From contig JAKALT010000005.1 of assembly GCA_021813125.1 (NCBI GenBank), forward strand, positions 107-64,106: a stretch of DNA of 64,000 nt, in the 5' to 3' direction. Numbering within the stretch: position 1 is the first letter of the stretch; each line of letters starts with the position of its first letter. Under the pieces are notes generated by a model. The model saw only the letters and a program-made list of their open reading frames with translations, had not been told where the DNA came from and did not search any database. Source of the DNA: a bacterium. Its GTDB lineage: Bacteria; Patescibacteriota; Microgenomatia; Curtissbacterales; GWA2-41-24. The translations under genes and the position numbers were made by a program. Below, one piece after another: positions 1 through 9,590 of the stretch.

Positions 1-21
1 GATTCAAACTAGAATGTAGCT

Positions 22-162
22 GTTAAAAGTTGGAATATTAATTATGCTGTCCCTTATTTAGACTTTGATTTTAGTTTTGCCGCTCCCAAGCCCAGATACG
101 AGAGAATAATTACCCAAAGAGATGCGTTTGGAAGGATAATACATTCAAAAGCACCATCCTGA
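22..162 (+). mobile_element. attL-like junction copy A: ychF-like core plus displaced serine-recombinase C-terminal tail
   Basis: Core TTAAAAGTTGGAATA (23-37) matches the ychF 5' core at 13454-13468. The arm encodes WNINYAVPYLDFDFSFAAPKPRYERIITQRDAFGRIIHSKAPS* and is near-identical to 4965-5110. Confidence 0.75.
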
Positions 163-194
163 TTTAGATGTGTTAGGTCTGTTAAAATTATTCC

Positions 195-770
195 ATGTCA
201 GTCAAAAAATTATATTGCTATGTCGATGAGACCGGACAAGACACAGAAGGCAAACTTTTTATCGTTTCAATTGTGGTAACAGGTGAGGAGAGGGATGAAT
301 TATTCAAACTTTGCGAAGAAATCGAAAAAGACAGCGGTAAGGGAAAGTTTAAATGGGGTAAAGCGGAGAAGAATAAAAGGTCCGTTTACTTAAAACGCAT
401 TTTTAAAACTAAGATTTTTAAAAGTAAGTTACGATATTCTGTCTTTCGTAATTTAAGGGATTACGATTTGGCTACAATCGTGGCAGTTTCAAAAGCGGTG
501 CATTTTAAAGAGCCGACGTTAGGGTATACCACTTTGGTGTATGTTGATGGTTTGAGTAAATCAAAGAGACGTGAGTATGGTTCACAGTTGAGAAAATTAG
601 GCATACCCACCAGAAAAGTGCAAGGTGTGACAAAGGACGAAAATAATGCACTTACAAGATTGGCGGATGCGATCGCTGGATTTGTAAGAGACGCGTTATT
701 GAAAGAGCGGAAAGATTTAGATGATCTTTTTAAGAAAGCTGTAGATGAGAAGTATCTAGTTGAAGTGTAG
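195..770 (+). CDS. DUF3800 family (RNase H-like) protein
   Basis: N-terminal YVDETG and C-terminal LADAIAG motifs. Confidence 0.8.
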   Translation: MSVKKLYCYVDETGQDTEGKLFIVSIVVTGEERDELFKLCEEIEKDSGKGKFKWGKAEKNKRSVYLKRIFKTKIFKSKLRYSVFRNLRDYDLATIVAVSKAVHFKEPTLGYTTLVYVDGLSKSKRREYGSQLRKLGIPTRKVQGVTKDENNALTRLADAIAGFVRDALLKERKDLDDLFKKAVDEKYLVEV

Positions 771-774
771 GCAT

Positions 775-860
775 AAAAAAACCACCCACTAGGGGTGGAA
801 GAGCCTACTTTCGCCTGAGGCGAACAGCTTACCGATACGGCCAGTCTTCGGCTCGATTTT
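775..860 (-). ncRNA. Convergent structured ncRNA downstream of DUF3800 (DUF3800 RNA motif-like)
   Basis: Minus-strand TTGCAT-N17-TATAAA promoter (895-867), GAGCC/GGCTC and TTCGCC/GGCGAA helices, ending in a CCACCC/GGGTGG hairpin plus T-run. Confidence 0.6.
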
Positions 861-928
861 GGTTATTTTATATCATAAAAACATTTAAAATGCAAATTAT
901 GGATTTCAAATGTGCCTAAAGCTAAGAT

Positions 929-1678
929 ATGAAACCAGCGTATAATCTTGAAAAAATAAAGTTTGCAACAGATGGCCCAACATTTGAACGAGCTGTGAAT
1001 TTATATGAAAGCGGTAAGGTGACGAAATTCGAAAATAACGGTTTTACTTGTACCGCAATTGTTTTGGGGACTGAGCCGTACGAGGTTTTTGTCTCAAACC
1101 GTAATTATGACCAGGGTAATTGTACTTGTTATTTGGGACAGAGCGATACTTTGTGCAAACACATGGTGGCTGTTGCATTGTATGCTGTCATGGGCGGTAA
1201 CCCATTGACGGATGAGGACAAGAAGCAAGTTCAGGCGCCTTCTTGCAGTGGGAAATTGGGAACATTGACGGGTGAGCAGTTGTCTGAAGCCAAAAAAGCT
1301 ATTACTTCCGATATGCGCTACATAAAACCATATATTGGTCCGTCAAATAAATGGTTTGCTTATCAAGATTCATTACTCGAGGGTTGTAACCGTTTAACCG
1401 CTTTGGTTTCTGATTTACCTGTAAGCGAACAAGCAGCTAAATTGCTTGTTGATTTATTATTGCATCTTGATTGTAAATTGTCCTATGGTGGGGTTGATGA
1501 TTCTGATGGTACTGTTGGCGGTTTTATTGAAGAGACGGTAGAAGTACTTAAAGAGTTTGCCAAATTTGACTCCTCTTGCATAAAGGCTTTCGAAAAACTT
1601 AATAACAGAGAAACTTGTTTCGGTTGGGAAGAACCGCTGTTAAAGTTGATTGAAAATGTTGGAGGCAAAAGTACATAA
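929..1678 (+). CDS. SWIM zinc-finger domain protein
   Basis: CTC-x8-CKH motif. Confidence 0.75.
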   Translation: MKPAYNLEKIKFATDGPTFERAVNLYESGKVTKFENNGFTCTAIVLGTEPYEVFVSNRNYDQGNCTCYLGQSDTLCKHMVAVALYAVMGGNPLTDEDKKQVQAPSCSGKLGTLTGEQLSEAKKAITSDMRYIKPYIGPSNKWFAYQDSLLEGCNRLTALVSDLPVSEQAAKLLVDLLLHLDCKLSYGGVDDSDGTVGGFIEETVEVLKEFAKFDSSCIKAFEKLNNRETCFGWEEPLLKLIENVGGKST

Positions 1679-1693
1679 GTCAGGTTTTAGCTA

Positions 1694-1855
1694 GAAATAA
1701 TAATTATACTGTCCCATATTTAGAACTCAGTGAGAAATATAGTCCACGTCTATATTTAGACTTTGAATTTAGTTTTAACGTTCCCAAGCCCAGATACGAG
1801 AGGATAATTACTGACAGAGATGAGTTTGGAAGGATAGTGCGGAGTAAAGTGCCTT
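1694..1855 (+). mobile_element. Diverged copy B of the recombinase-tail/att arm
   Basis: Encodes NNYTVPYL-(12-codon in-frame insert)-DFEFSFNVPKPRYERIITDRDEFGRIVRSKVP and shares CCCAAGCCCAGATACG with copies A and C. Confidence 0.7.
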
Positions 1856-1999
1856 TAAGGAATCTTTTATTGATGGTAGGGAAAATAACTTTTCGAGCTG
1901 AATTATTAAGAGTATTTTTTTAATGTGAATCTATAGGTTTGTTTTTCATATGTTTATAGCTTGTCAAAATACCTCATAATTATAGTATATACTTAATTT

Positions 2000-3817
2000 A
2001 TGGTTGGGTTTTCGGAAACAGTAGAAAAAAGACAAGTTCCCCCAACAGAAAAATTACATCCCAAGGATTTTATAGATGCTGACGGAACACAGCGGCAACT
2101 TTTTACATTTGAAACTAAATCAGGAAATCAAGTAGGGGCAGTTTTCTACTCAAAAGAAGATTTACCATTTAATGCCGAAATAGTTCGTGGTAAGCAGGCA
2201 TTTGTTTTTGGCGATAAACCAAATTTTAGAGATGAAACAGAATGGAGAGATTTTTTACAGGATTTATCAGAGGCTTCAGACAATAAAGATCCTTTAAATC
2301 GACAAACTATAAAGGTCAACGATGCTGTATCTTCCAATAACGCAGTTATATTTGTAGAAAATACACCAGTTAACATTTTAGATTTAGCATTTGTTTTAGG
2401 GGCTGAAGGAAAGCATCTAAGAGACGCAAGAAAACAAGCGAGTCAAATGCAATACACGGATGAAGTTTTATCACTGATAGACGACATGGTTGCAGTTTCA
2501 ATAATTGGTGAAGACGGTAAGGTTAGGCACCGTGAAGACCAAATACCGGAAGCATTAACTGTACTAAAAATACTGGCTGACTCCGCTGCGATTCACGAAA
2601 TTCAAAAAAGAAAAAAGGTTGTTGATGATTTAGACAGAGAGAGAGCAGGTGAGAGGCAAAGGAAGTTACATGAAAGATACGAAGAACTAAGGTTAGAAGG
2701 TGTTGTGCCAGCAAAAGATTATAGAGTTTATCATACAACAAGATACAAACCGAAAAAAGTTGAAGGCGGTTGGGAAATACAAACAACTTACGATGCCACC
2801 GGAGGGAAAACTTTGGTTGATAGCATCCACTTCAATCCAAATCAAGCCGTAGACTCGCACATCGGAGGTAGTTGGGATGATGCTGAATATGTAATAGATG
2901 CCAATTTAAAGGATATTGTAATGGGAAATAGAGATAATGCCAGGCTTAGGACGATAAGTCCTTTTGACATTTATTTTACTGTCTCTCCTGGTAGGAGATT
3001 ATTTATCCCGCGAGGGCATCTGACCAGGCCTGGATCACTAGAAGCAGGCTTATTTCAAAAAGATATCGATGACGAAACAGTTTATAAAAAAGGGACACTT
3101 TTGCCTCAAGAAATAGACTCTTTTCTTTCAAAACATTGGCATTCTGATAAAGATGACTGGAGAATAAAAAGAGAATTAGAAGACGGGGCGTTTAGTGCTC
3201 TTTATTACAAACTTCCGGAGAAGGAAAGAATTGAAATGGGACCAGATTCGGAGTTCAGAGCAAACTTTCAAGATTTTATAGAGAACTGGAATTTGGATGA
3301 ATTTTTTAGGTTATGCAGAACAGACGGGATAAAAGTTGCAGTTGAAGAGGCTTTAAAAGGCTACAAAAATATCCATGATATAAACGATACGCAGGCAATA
3401 ATAAAAAAAGTTAACGAGTGGTTTATTACAAAAATCAGAAACAGGAGTATGTATCCCTCTCCACAGATGGCTTGGGGGCAAGGTAATGATCAACGTATTG
3501 AAATGCTAGCCTGTGAACTTGGCGCACGTTTTGATTCGACCATGGAAGCCCATTTTCATGAAAATTTTGTTGGGTCTATTGGATCGATCTATCATCTATT
3601 TAAACGAGTTGCCGAACGTAAAAAATATTTTTCAGGTTCAAATGCAGATTTAGAATACTCAAATCCTAATTGGATGTACGATGACGAATCACAGAGTCCA
3701 CTTAATCCTAATAACCGCGAAGAGGTAATGATCCGTATTAGAAGATTTCGAAAAAGATATAGTTATGATGACGACGTTAATTTAAGACGTATGAATTTCC
3801 TTGCAGGAATTTTGTAG
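2000..3817 (+). CDS. Hypothetical protein (605 aa)
   Basis: Long ORF with TATACT 6 nt upstream of ATG; no family recognised. Confidence 0.7.
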   Translation: MVGFSETVEKRQVPPTEKLHPKDFIDADGTQRQLFTFETKSGNQVGAVFYSKEDLPFNAEIVRGKQAFVFGDKPNFRDETEWRDFLQDLSEASDNKDPLNRQTIKVNDAVSSNNAVIFVENTPVNILDLAFVLGAEGKHLRDARKQASQMQYTDEVLSLIDDMVAVSIIGEDGKVRHREDQIPEALTVLKILADSAAIHEIQKRKKVVDDLDRERAGERQRKLHERYEELRLEGVVPAKDYRVYHTTRYKPKKVEGGWEIQTTYDATGGKTLVDSIHFNPNQAVDSHIGGSWDDAEYVIDANLKDIVMGNRDNARLRTISPFDIYFTVSPGRRLFIPRGHLTRPGSLEAGLFQKDIDDETVYKKGTLLPQEIDSFLSKHWHSDKDDWRIKRELEDGAFSALYYKLPEKERIEMGPDSEFRANFQDFIENWNLDEFFRLCRTDGIKVAVEEALKGYKNIHDINDTQAIIKKVNEWFITKIRNRSMYPSPQMAWGQGNDQRIEMLACELGARFDSTMEAHFHENFVGSIGSIYHLFKRVAERKKYFSGSNADLEYSNPNWMYDDESQSPLNPNNREEVMIRIRRFRKRYSYDDDVNLRRMNFLAGIL

Positions 3818-3942
3818 AAAAACTCTATATGTCTGACAGAAATTTGTTGATGTAATGCCGGAAAAGGGCAGAAAAAAGGAATATATAAAATTACTGTAGA
3901 TGGTGGGTCATAAATCAGTTTCTGGATTGCTATAATTAGCTG

Positions 3943-4644
3943 ATGCCTAATAGTGATCTAGAAGAAAAAGCAAAGAAATGGGTTCGAGACAATACAAATA
4001 TTCTCATTGAAAAATTTGCTGACCCTGTAAAATTCCCTGGCGTATCTAATCCTTTCACAATTTTTATGGCTGGTTCCCCAGGTGCTGGTAAAACAGAATA
4101 TTCCAAGTCGTTTATAAAAGGCTACGATCCTAATACAAAAATCGTTAGGATTGATGCTGACGAAATTAGGGATATGATCCCAGATTACACTGGCGGCAAT
4201 GCTTATAAGTTTCAAGGGGCAGCCGCATTAGGAGTTGAAAAACTTTATGACCAAGTTCAAAAGAAGCATCAAAACGTTATTGTTGATGGAACTTTTTCTG
4301 ACTTTAAAAAAGGTCTTCAAGACGTTGAACGCGCCTTGCATAGGCATCGAAAGGTTGGTATTTTTTACCTCTACCAGGATCCTCTTATTGCATGGGAATT
4401 TACAAAAAAGCGAGAAAAAGTTGAAGGAAGGCATGTTTCAAAAGATATGTTTATAAGTTCATTCTTTTTAGCTAAAGAGAATGTGAATAAAGTTAAAAAG
4501 ATTCTCGGTGACAAAATTGAGCTTCATTTAGTTGAGAAGAATTATACAAATGAGCAAGAAAATACTAAGTTTAATATCGATATGATTGATAACCACCTAA
4601 AAATAAAGTATAATGAACAAGATCTGGAAAGGTTAACTAAATGA
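3943..4644 (+). CDS. Zeta toxin-like P-loop kinase
   Basis: Walker A GSPGAGKT, IDADEIR and IVDGT motifs. Confidence 0.8.
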   Translation: MPNSDLEEKAKKWVRDNTNILIEKFADPVKFPGVSNPFTIFMAGSPGAGKTEYSKSFIKGYDPNTKIVRIDADEIRDMIPDYTGGNAYKFQGAAALGVEKLYDQVQKKHQNVIVDGTFSDFKKGLQDVERALHRHRKVGIFYLYQDPLIAWEFTKKREKVEGRHVSKDMFISSFFLAKENVNKVKKILGDKIELHLVEKNYTNEQENTKFNIDMIDNHLKIKYNEQDLERLTK

Positions 4645-4808
4645 AAGCACTTGATTTCTTGGTCAAGAAAGATAAAGGTACAAACTTCTTCGAACTACCA
4701 GCAAAAGAAAAGAAACGCATAATTAAAAAAGCGGTTCGTGGTTCGAACGAGTTGCAAAAAGAATTATCTAGGGAATACGCTAGATTAGCGGTACAAAAGG
4801 TGTTTTAA
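4641..4808 (+). CDS. Small 55-aa partner of the zeta-like kinase (putative antitoxin); not in ORF track
   Basis: ATGA overlap with the kinase stop; MKALDFLVKKDKGTNFFELPAKEKKRIIKKAVRGSNELQKELSREYARLAVQKVF. Confidence 0.6.
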   Translation: MKALDFLVKKDKGTNFFELPAKEKKRIIKKAVRGSNELQKELSREYARLAVQKVF

Positions 4809-4952
4809 TCCTCGCTCCAAGAGTTTTAAACGTGCTTCTTACAAATTATTAAAAACTACCTCTGGCTGAAATTCGAGCAGCTGGTATTCAAATTAAATTA
4901 TAAGACCAAAACAAAAAGAGCCAAGAGAAATGTTTCTGCTTGGAGTTCTTGC

Positions 4953-5110
4953 TATAATCAAAAAATGTTAAAAGTTGGAATATTAATTGTGCTGTCCCTT
5001 ATTTAGACTTTGATTTTAGTTTTCCTGTTCCCAAGCCCAGATACGCGAGGATAATTACAGAAAGAGATGTTTTCGGGAAAATAATCCATTCAAAAGTTCC
5101 GGAATACTAA
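4953..5110 (+). mobile_element. attL of the recombinase element (copy C): orphan ychF promoter/start fused to the recombinase tail
   Basis: TATAAT-N6-ATG TTA AAA GTT GGA ATA (MLKVGI, ychF-like), then an arm encoding INCAVPYLDFDFSFPVPKPRYARIITERDVFGKIIHSKVPEY*. Confidence 0.8.
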
Positions 5111-5116
5111 TTCACT

Positions 5117-6154
5117 TCAAAAAGAAGAATTTGTTGTCATTCGCAAAAGTTCTCTAGCAACTTCGTTCACCCCGCACTTAGTAACAGATGGAAGTGTGCT
5201 TAATTTCTTGTTTGTATGTTTTTGATCAATATATGCCTTATTCACCCCAAACCAAATTGGTACGATTTTGAAATCGTTCTCATTTCTAATATGGTTTTCC
5301 ATTACTTTTAATTCTTCTCTGCATTGCTTATTTTTTTTTCGTTTATCAAAAAACTTTCTTGAAAGTATTGGTATTCCAAATTGAGACAACTCAACCCCCT
5401 CTTTGAATTGACTTTTGACCGTTTTTTTACTTGAATGAAATTGAATTTCGTCAAACCAACAATTCTTACCCTCCCCAAGAAGGTAATTTGTAATACCTCT
5501 TGCTATAGTTTTCTTGTCTTCAGATGCATGGCAAATAAAATAATCAAATTGAAGAACTCTTCTAGGATTGGTGTCTTCTCCGTAGTCGATATCCTGAGTT
5601 TTGTTTATGGTTTTTTGGGATAATTTCTCTTTGGTTGGAGGGAATAGGTTTTTAAAAAGTGAAAGTCCGATCCCGAATATTTTGACTCTTTGTTGGTCAT
5701 AGGAGCAAAGCACTCTATCTTCTCCAGGTTCATCAGCTAAGCCTAAACAATAGAGGAGATCTGTTAATTGTTTTTCGGTTGTGTTTTCAGGGTTATAGCA
5801 GTAAACCTCCTTATCATTAATTGTATCAAAATATAATTTCCTCAATTTTCTTTCAACATCTGTGTACATCCGGAGATTTTTATTGAAGACCGAGATTAGT
5901 ACGATCAGGAAGTCAATATTATCTTGTGCTTTCATTACAGTTTTTCCTGTAAGTTCTAAATCTAAGCCTTCAGAAATAAAATTTCCACTTATTAAAAAGC
6001 TTTTTATAAAATTGAACCCATCCTGACTTATTATTTGAGGAAACTTTGTTCCATTCACTGATTGCAATCTGTCGAGCAGGAATTGGAGTTTTTCTAAACC
6101 TCTTTTCTGTTTCCAAAGGTTTATTTCATCACCTGAATATGAATTTGCACTCAT
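5117..6154 (-). CDS. TIR domain-containing protein (C-terminal TIR)
   Basis: FDYFICHASEDK and WFDE motifs, with catalytic-region CREEL. Confidence 0.8.
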   Translation of the reverse strand: MSANSYSGDEINLWKQKRGLEKLQFLLDRLQSVNGTKFPQIISQDGFNFIKSFLISGNFISEGLDLELTGKTVMKAQDNIDFLIVLISVFNKNLRMYTDVERKLRKLYFDTINDKEVYCYNPENTTEKQLTDLLYCLGLADEPGEDRVLCSYDQQRVKIFGIGLSLFKNLFPPTKEKLSQKTINKTQDIDYGEDTNPRRVLQFDYFICHASEDKKTIARGITNYLLGEGKNCWFDEIQFHSSKKTVKSQFKEGVELSQFGIPILSRKFFDKRKKNKQCREELKVMENHIRNENDFKIVPIWFGVNKAYIDQKHTNKKLSTLPSVTKCGVNEVARELLRMTTNSSF

Positions 6155-9138
6155 TTTAGTTTTTCGACTAAGCTAATTGCATCCCTTAAATTTTTAGCTT
6201 GAATACTTTTCGCGAATGTGTTGAGGGCTAATTCTAATCTCTTACTAAACCAATTAATGTTGTTAATCGCTTTATTTTTATCAGCCCATGCTTCGACTTT
6301 GTCGAGCGCTGATTTTGAGAGCAGGAAGTTTTCTCGCACTACGAATGCGATAGTTATGCGCCAGAGATAATTAACATATTCCCAGTAATCTTTTTTCTTG
6401 ATGATTGAAAGAGAAAAATCTAAAAGATCTATGATCTGTTTTAGGTACTTTTCATCGCTTAATTCGATGAGTGGTTTTGCGAATTTCATGTAGTCAAGCT
6501 CAAGTTCTAACTCTCCAACAGAATGGGCACCTTCCTGTCGTTGGTAAGGTTTTGCTGAAGATTTCAAAATTTCGAAACGCCAAGCGATGGCTTTTTCGTT
6601 GTGGAAAACAGAAATAAGGAGTGCATTGGCAGTGTCGGATAATAGATTTCTTATTTTTGGGTTCCAGAGTTTTTTAAGAAAAGCTTCATCCGCGTAGTTT
6701 GAAGGTGACAGATATTTTTCTAAATTTCCCAGCGAATACTCACGATCGGAGTCATTTAAAAGTGAATCGGTAACAAATGATTTCAATACGTCTTTTGGAC
6801 TAGTAAGATTTTCAAATAAGTTAGAAAAATAGATGTATGTTTGTGGAATAAGGTATCTTGCATCATTATTTTTATCGAGCATTATTTTGTTGACGGTAGT
6901 AAGTTCTTGGTCTGTGACACTTTTGAGAATTTCTTGAATGACGTTTAGGTCGCTACTGTATGCAAGGGGAATAAAGTTGATAACCTTTTGACGATTTTTG
7001 GGCGTTCGGAGAGTTTCTGGCGAGAGTCTGTGAATTACCTGCAGTACATTTGAAAAATACCCGGCTATAGAACTAATGGTGTACTCGCCGGATTTGGTTT
7101 TTTGGTCTTTATAACGGACAATAATTTTATCTGGGTCAATCATTGTTAGATTACTGTCAATAGCAAGGCTAAGGAGCCGTTCTTTTTCCGATTCTTTCCA
7201 TTGGTTTTCAATTATGTTTTGATTTTCTATAAAGAAGCGAAATACTTGTGGGAAGTATTGCCCTTCTGTTGGAGGGCTAAGGTATTCTTGAAATTGCTTG
7301 TAAATTTTTACTTCTTGCTGCTTTTGATAGTCGTCATATTTTGGAAAGGTTTTTGGATCGGCTGTTATCTCAAGCTCTATTCCTTTTTTCAATACAGCTT
7401 CTCCTTGCTGATTACCGACTTGGGGTGCGAGACGTATAGCTTCGGCAAGTGTGTAACCAGCATGATGATGCAAAGTGTTCGTAAATATTTCTTTCAATTC
7501 TCCTATGTCTTCTGGTTTTAGAAGAACGGCTATTACACCTTCAATATCATTGATAAATAGGGTGTTTTTTTGTTCTGCTGAAAGCCCTTGTATCGTTTTT
7601 AATAGTTCTTCTAAATACTTAGGACTTTTGGATTGTACAATTTGAGTAAGTTGTTGTAGGAAATAAGATTTACCGGCGTTGTAGTTGTGTACTCCAATGA
7701 ATGCGTTAAGAATAATTTTCTTAATAATATTAATTACATGTGGGTTGATATTTTTTTGAATATTGTCAATTAACTCTTTGTCAGCCTGTTTTTCCTTATT
7801 GTTAAAAATTGATTCTTTGTCTAAAAATTGGTGAATGAAGCGTGGATTATCAGCAATGTTTTGGAGAAGTGTTTTGATTCCTTGTGATGAATTAATTGCG
7901 TATAAGGCGTTGCGTGCATAGATGTGAGCGGTGTCATCTGTAATTGCTTTTATAAAAAAAGTAATGGAATCAGCAGAATTTGGATCAATTTCTTTGCACA
8001 TGTTGATGAACGCTTCACGCACTAGAGAATCGGGACTTGTAGCATTTTTTTGAACTTGGCGAATGATGTCAGTTTCACCCTTGAAGTTTTCTAGGGCTGC
8101 AAGAGCGTGTCGTTGGAGGACCCCGTTATTGTTTTCATTGTTGGCGTATTTAATAAGTTTTCCTTGCCAATATTCTTTCTCTTTTGGTGTTATGGCTTTG
8201 TGTTTGTGTTGAAGCATACCGTTAATCGTTGCCGCAATATTCCCTTGGAGTATGTAATCTTTGTTATCTGCTTGTGTCTTCAGAAATCGATAAATCTCTT
8301 CATCGACAAACTTAAACAGGTTGAGATAAGCCCAGACAGGGATCCAATACTTTCTGTTTTGATAAGAATCAAAGACAAGATGGAAAAGTTTAGTTTTGTT
8401 GTTTTTTGAAATTGAATCTGAAGCAGAAAAAATGAGAGTTTCAGCAAGCTGATCTTCTAGTGAGTCAGGATTCTTTTTGATGAAACTTATGAGCCAGTCA
8501 ATAAAAGACTCGGGATTTTGTTCGAGAAGAAAGCGTAATGTTCCTGTCCATGAAGGGATTAATATGGTTGGGCCTGTTCCCGAATAGAATATGAATTTTG
8601 CGGCAGTTTTAATCACGTCTTTTTGATTCAGAATATAATCTGCTGCAAGGTATTCAGTGAGGGTGTGATGCGTCCATTTGACTGTAATTCGTCTTTCAGT
8701 TCGGATAATTGAGATAAGTTGAATGTCGTGGAGGTATTTGGCAGATATCTCTTTTGGAGCCTTTATCTGTTTGAGAATGTTGTTGAATTCTAAAAGAGAT
8801 AACTGATCAGTCTGGATGAGTTCGAATACAAGTGAAAGTTTTTGGAATGGTTCACGCAGCTTTTCATATTCACGAACGACTTTGTGATAAAAGTAGGTAT
8901 AAAAGCCGAAACGAGAGAATCTGTTAGGTTTAGTTATTTTAAGAAAGTTTTTAAGTAGGTAAAAGTTGTTGGGAAATGAAATAAAACTGTTTCCCCAATC
9001 ATGGAACCAAAACTGTTCAATGATGGAGTCAATAATATTAGTGGAGTACCCCAACCCTGTAAGCTCTTCGCGTATTTCTTCATTTGATAGCAAATCTGGG
9101 TTATCAAATAACATAGTTTTTCGCGTATAGTTTAGCAC
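6151..9138 (-). CDS. Large helical-repeat protein with a NACHT/STAND-type winged-helix motif and no visible P-loop
   Basis: HHTLTEYLAA motif followed by HEAT-like repeats; translationally coupled to the TIR gene. Confidence 0.6.
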   Translation of the reverse strand: MLNYTRKTMLFDNPDLLSNEEIREELTGLGYSTNIIDSIIEQFWFHDWGNSFISFPNNFYLLKNFLKITKPNRFSRFGFYTYFYHKVVREYEKLREPFQKLSLVFELIQTDQLSLLEFNNILKQIKAPKEISAKYLHDIQLISIIRTERRITVKWTHHTLTEYLAADYILNQKDVIKTAAKFIFYSGTGPTILIPSWTGTLRFLLEQNPESFIDWLISFIKKNPDSLEDQLAETLIFSASDSISKNNKTKLFHLVFDSYQNRKYWIPVWAYLNLFKFVDEEIYRFLKTQADNKDYILQGNIAATINGMLQHKHKAITPKEKEYWQGKLIKYANNENNNGVLQRHALAALENFKGETDIIRQVQKNATSPDSLVREAFINMCKEIDPNSADSITFFIKAITDDTAHIYARNALYAINSSQGIKTLLQNIADNPRFIHQFLDKESIFNNKEKQADKELIDNIQKNINPHVINIIKKIILNAFIGVHNYNAGKSYFLQQLTQIVQSKSPKYLEELLKTIQGLSAEQKNTLFINDIEGVIAVLLKPEDIGELKEIFTNTLHHHAGYTLAEAIRLAPQVGNQQGEAVLKKGIELEITADPKTFPKYDDYQKQQEVKIYKQFQEYLSPPTEGQYFPQVFRFFIENQNIIENQWKESEKERLLSLAIDSNLTMIDPDKIIVRYKDQKTKSGEYTISSIAGYFSNVLQVIHRLSPETLRTPKNRQKVINFIPLAYSSDLNVIQEILKSVTDQELTTVNKIMLDKNNDARYLIPQTYIYFSNLFENLTSPKDVLKSFVTDSLLNDSDREYSLGNLEKYLSPSNYADEAFLKKLWNPKIRNLLSDTANALLISVFHNEKAIAWRFEILKSSAKPYQRQEGAHSVGELELELDYMKFAKPLIELSDEKYLKQIIDLLDFSLSIIKKKDYWEYVNYLWRITIAFVVRENFLLSKSALDKVEAWADKNKAINNINWFSKRLELALNTFAKSIQAKNLRDAISLVEKLK

Positions 9139-9206
9139 CTTTGAACCCCATAAGCAGCATAAGGTTCAATTTTAAGACCTATTACAGAAACAGTAGCTTG
9201 AAGATA

Positions 9207-9413
9207 TTAAGGAATTAAATCCTTAAGAGGTACTTTGAGAGCTAAAGCTATTTTGTGTAATGTCTTTAAAGAGGGGTTTCTTAAACCGCTTTCAATTTCG
9301 CTGATTGAAGTCAGATCCATCTTAGATTTTTCAGCTAATTGTAATTGGGATAGCTCTACCTTTTTCCTCAATTTTCTAATTCTCTCACCAACATTTTTGT
9401 AAATAGTAGCCAT
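9207..9413 (-). CDS. XRE-family HTH regulator
   Basis: IRKLRK...LSQLQLAEK...ISEIESGLRNPSLKTL. Confidence 0.9.
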   Translation of the reverse strand: MATIYKNVGERIRKLRKKVELSQLQLAEKSKMDLTSISEIESGLRNPSLKTLHKIALALKVPLKDLIP

Positions 9414-9435
9414 ACCATAACTAGTATGGTTTTTA

Positions 9436-9470
9436 TGCCAAATTTAGTCTTTGGCACGGATGCCAAATTT
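9436..9470. promoter_or_regulatory. Putative XRE operator
   Basis: TGCCAAA-N7-TTTGGCA palindrome plus a third TGCCAAA, upstream of the XRE gene in a divergent intergenic region. Confidence 0.5.
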
Positions 9471-9590
9471 ACTGCTTGTTCTGAAGCCGAAACTTATTTA
9501 TAATTTTGCTGTAATATTGATCCGATTAGCCAATTCTGAGGGGATATTTGTATTTGGATAGACAAATAACTAATATATAACCGAAAGGAG

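Noticed and set aside
22-5110. attC sites, CRISPR repeats or DGR template/variable repeats
   Set aside because: The repeats keep a reading frame that continues the integrase and share the ychF core; differences are not confined to adenines and no reverse transcriptase is present
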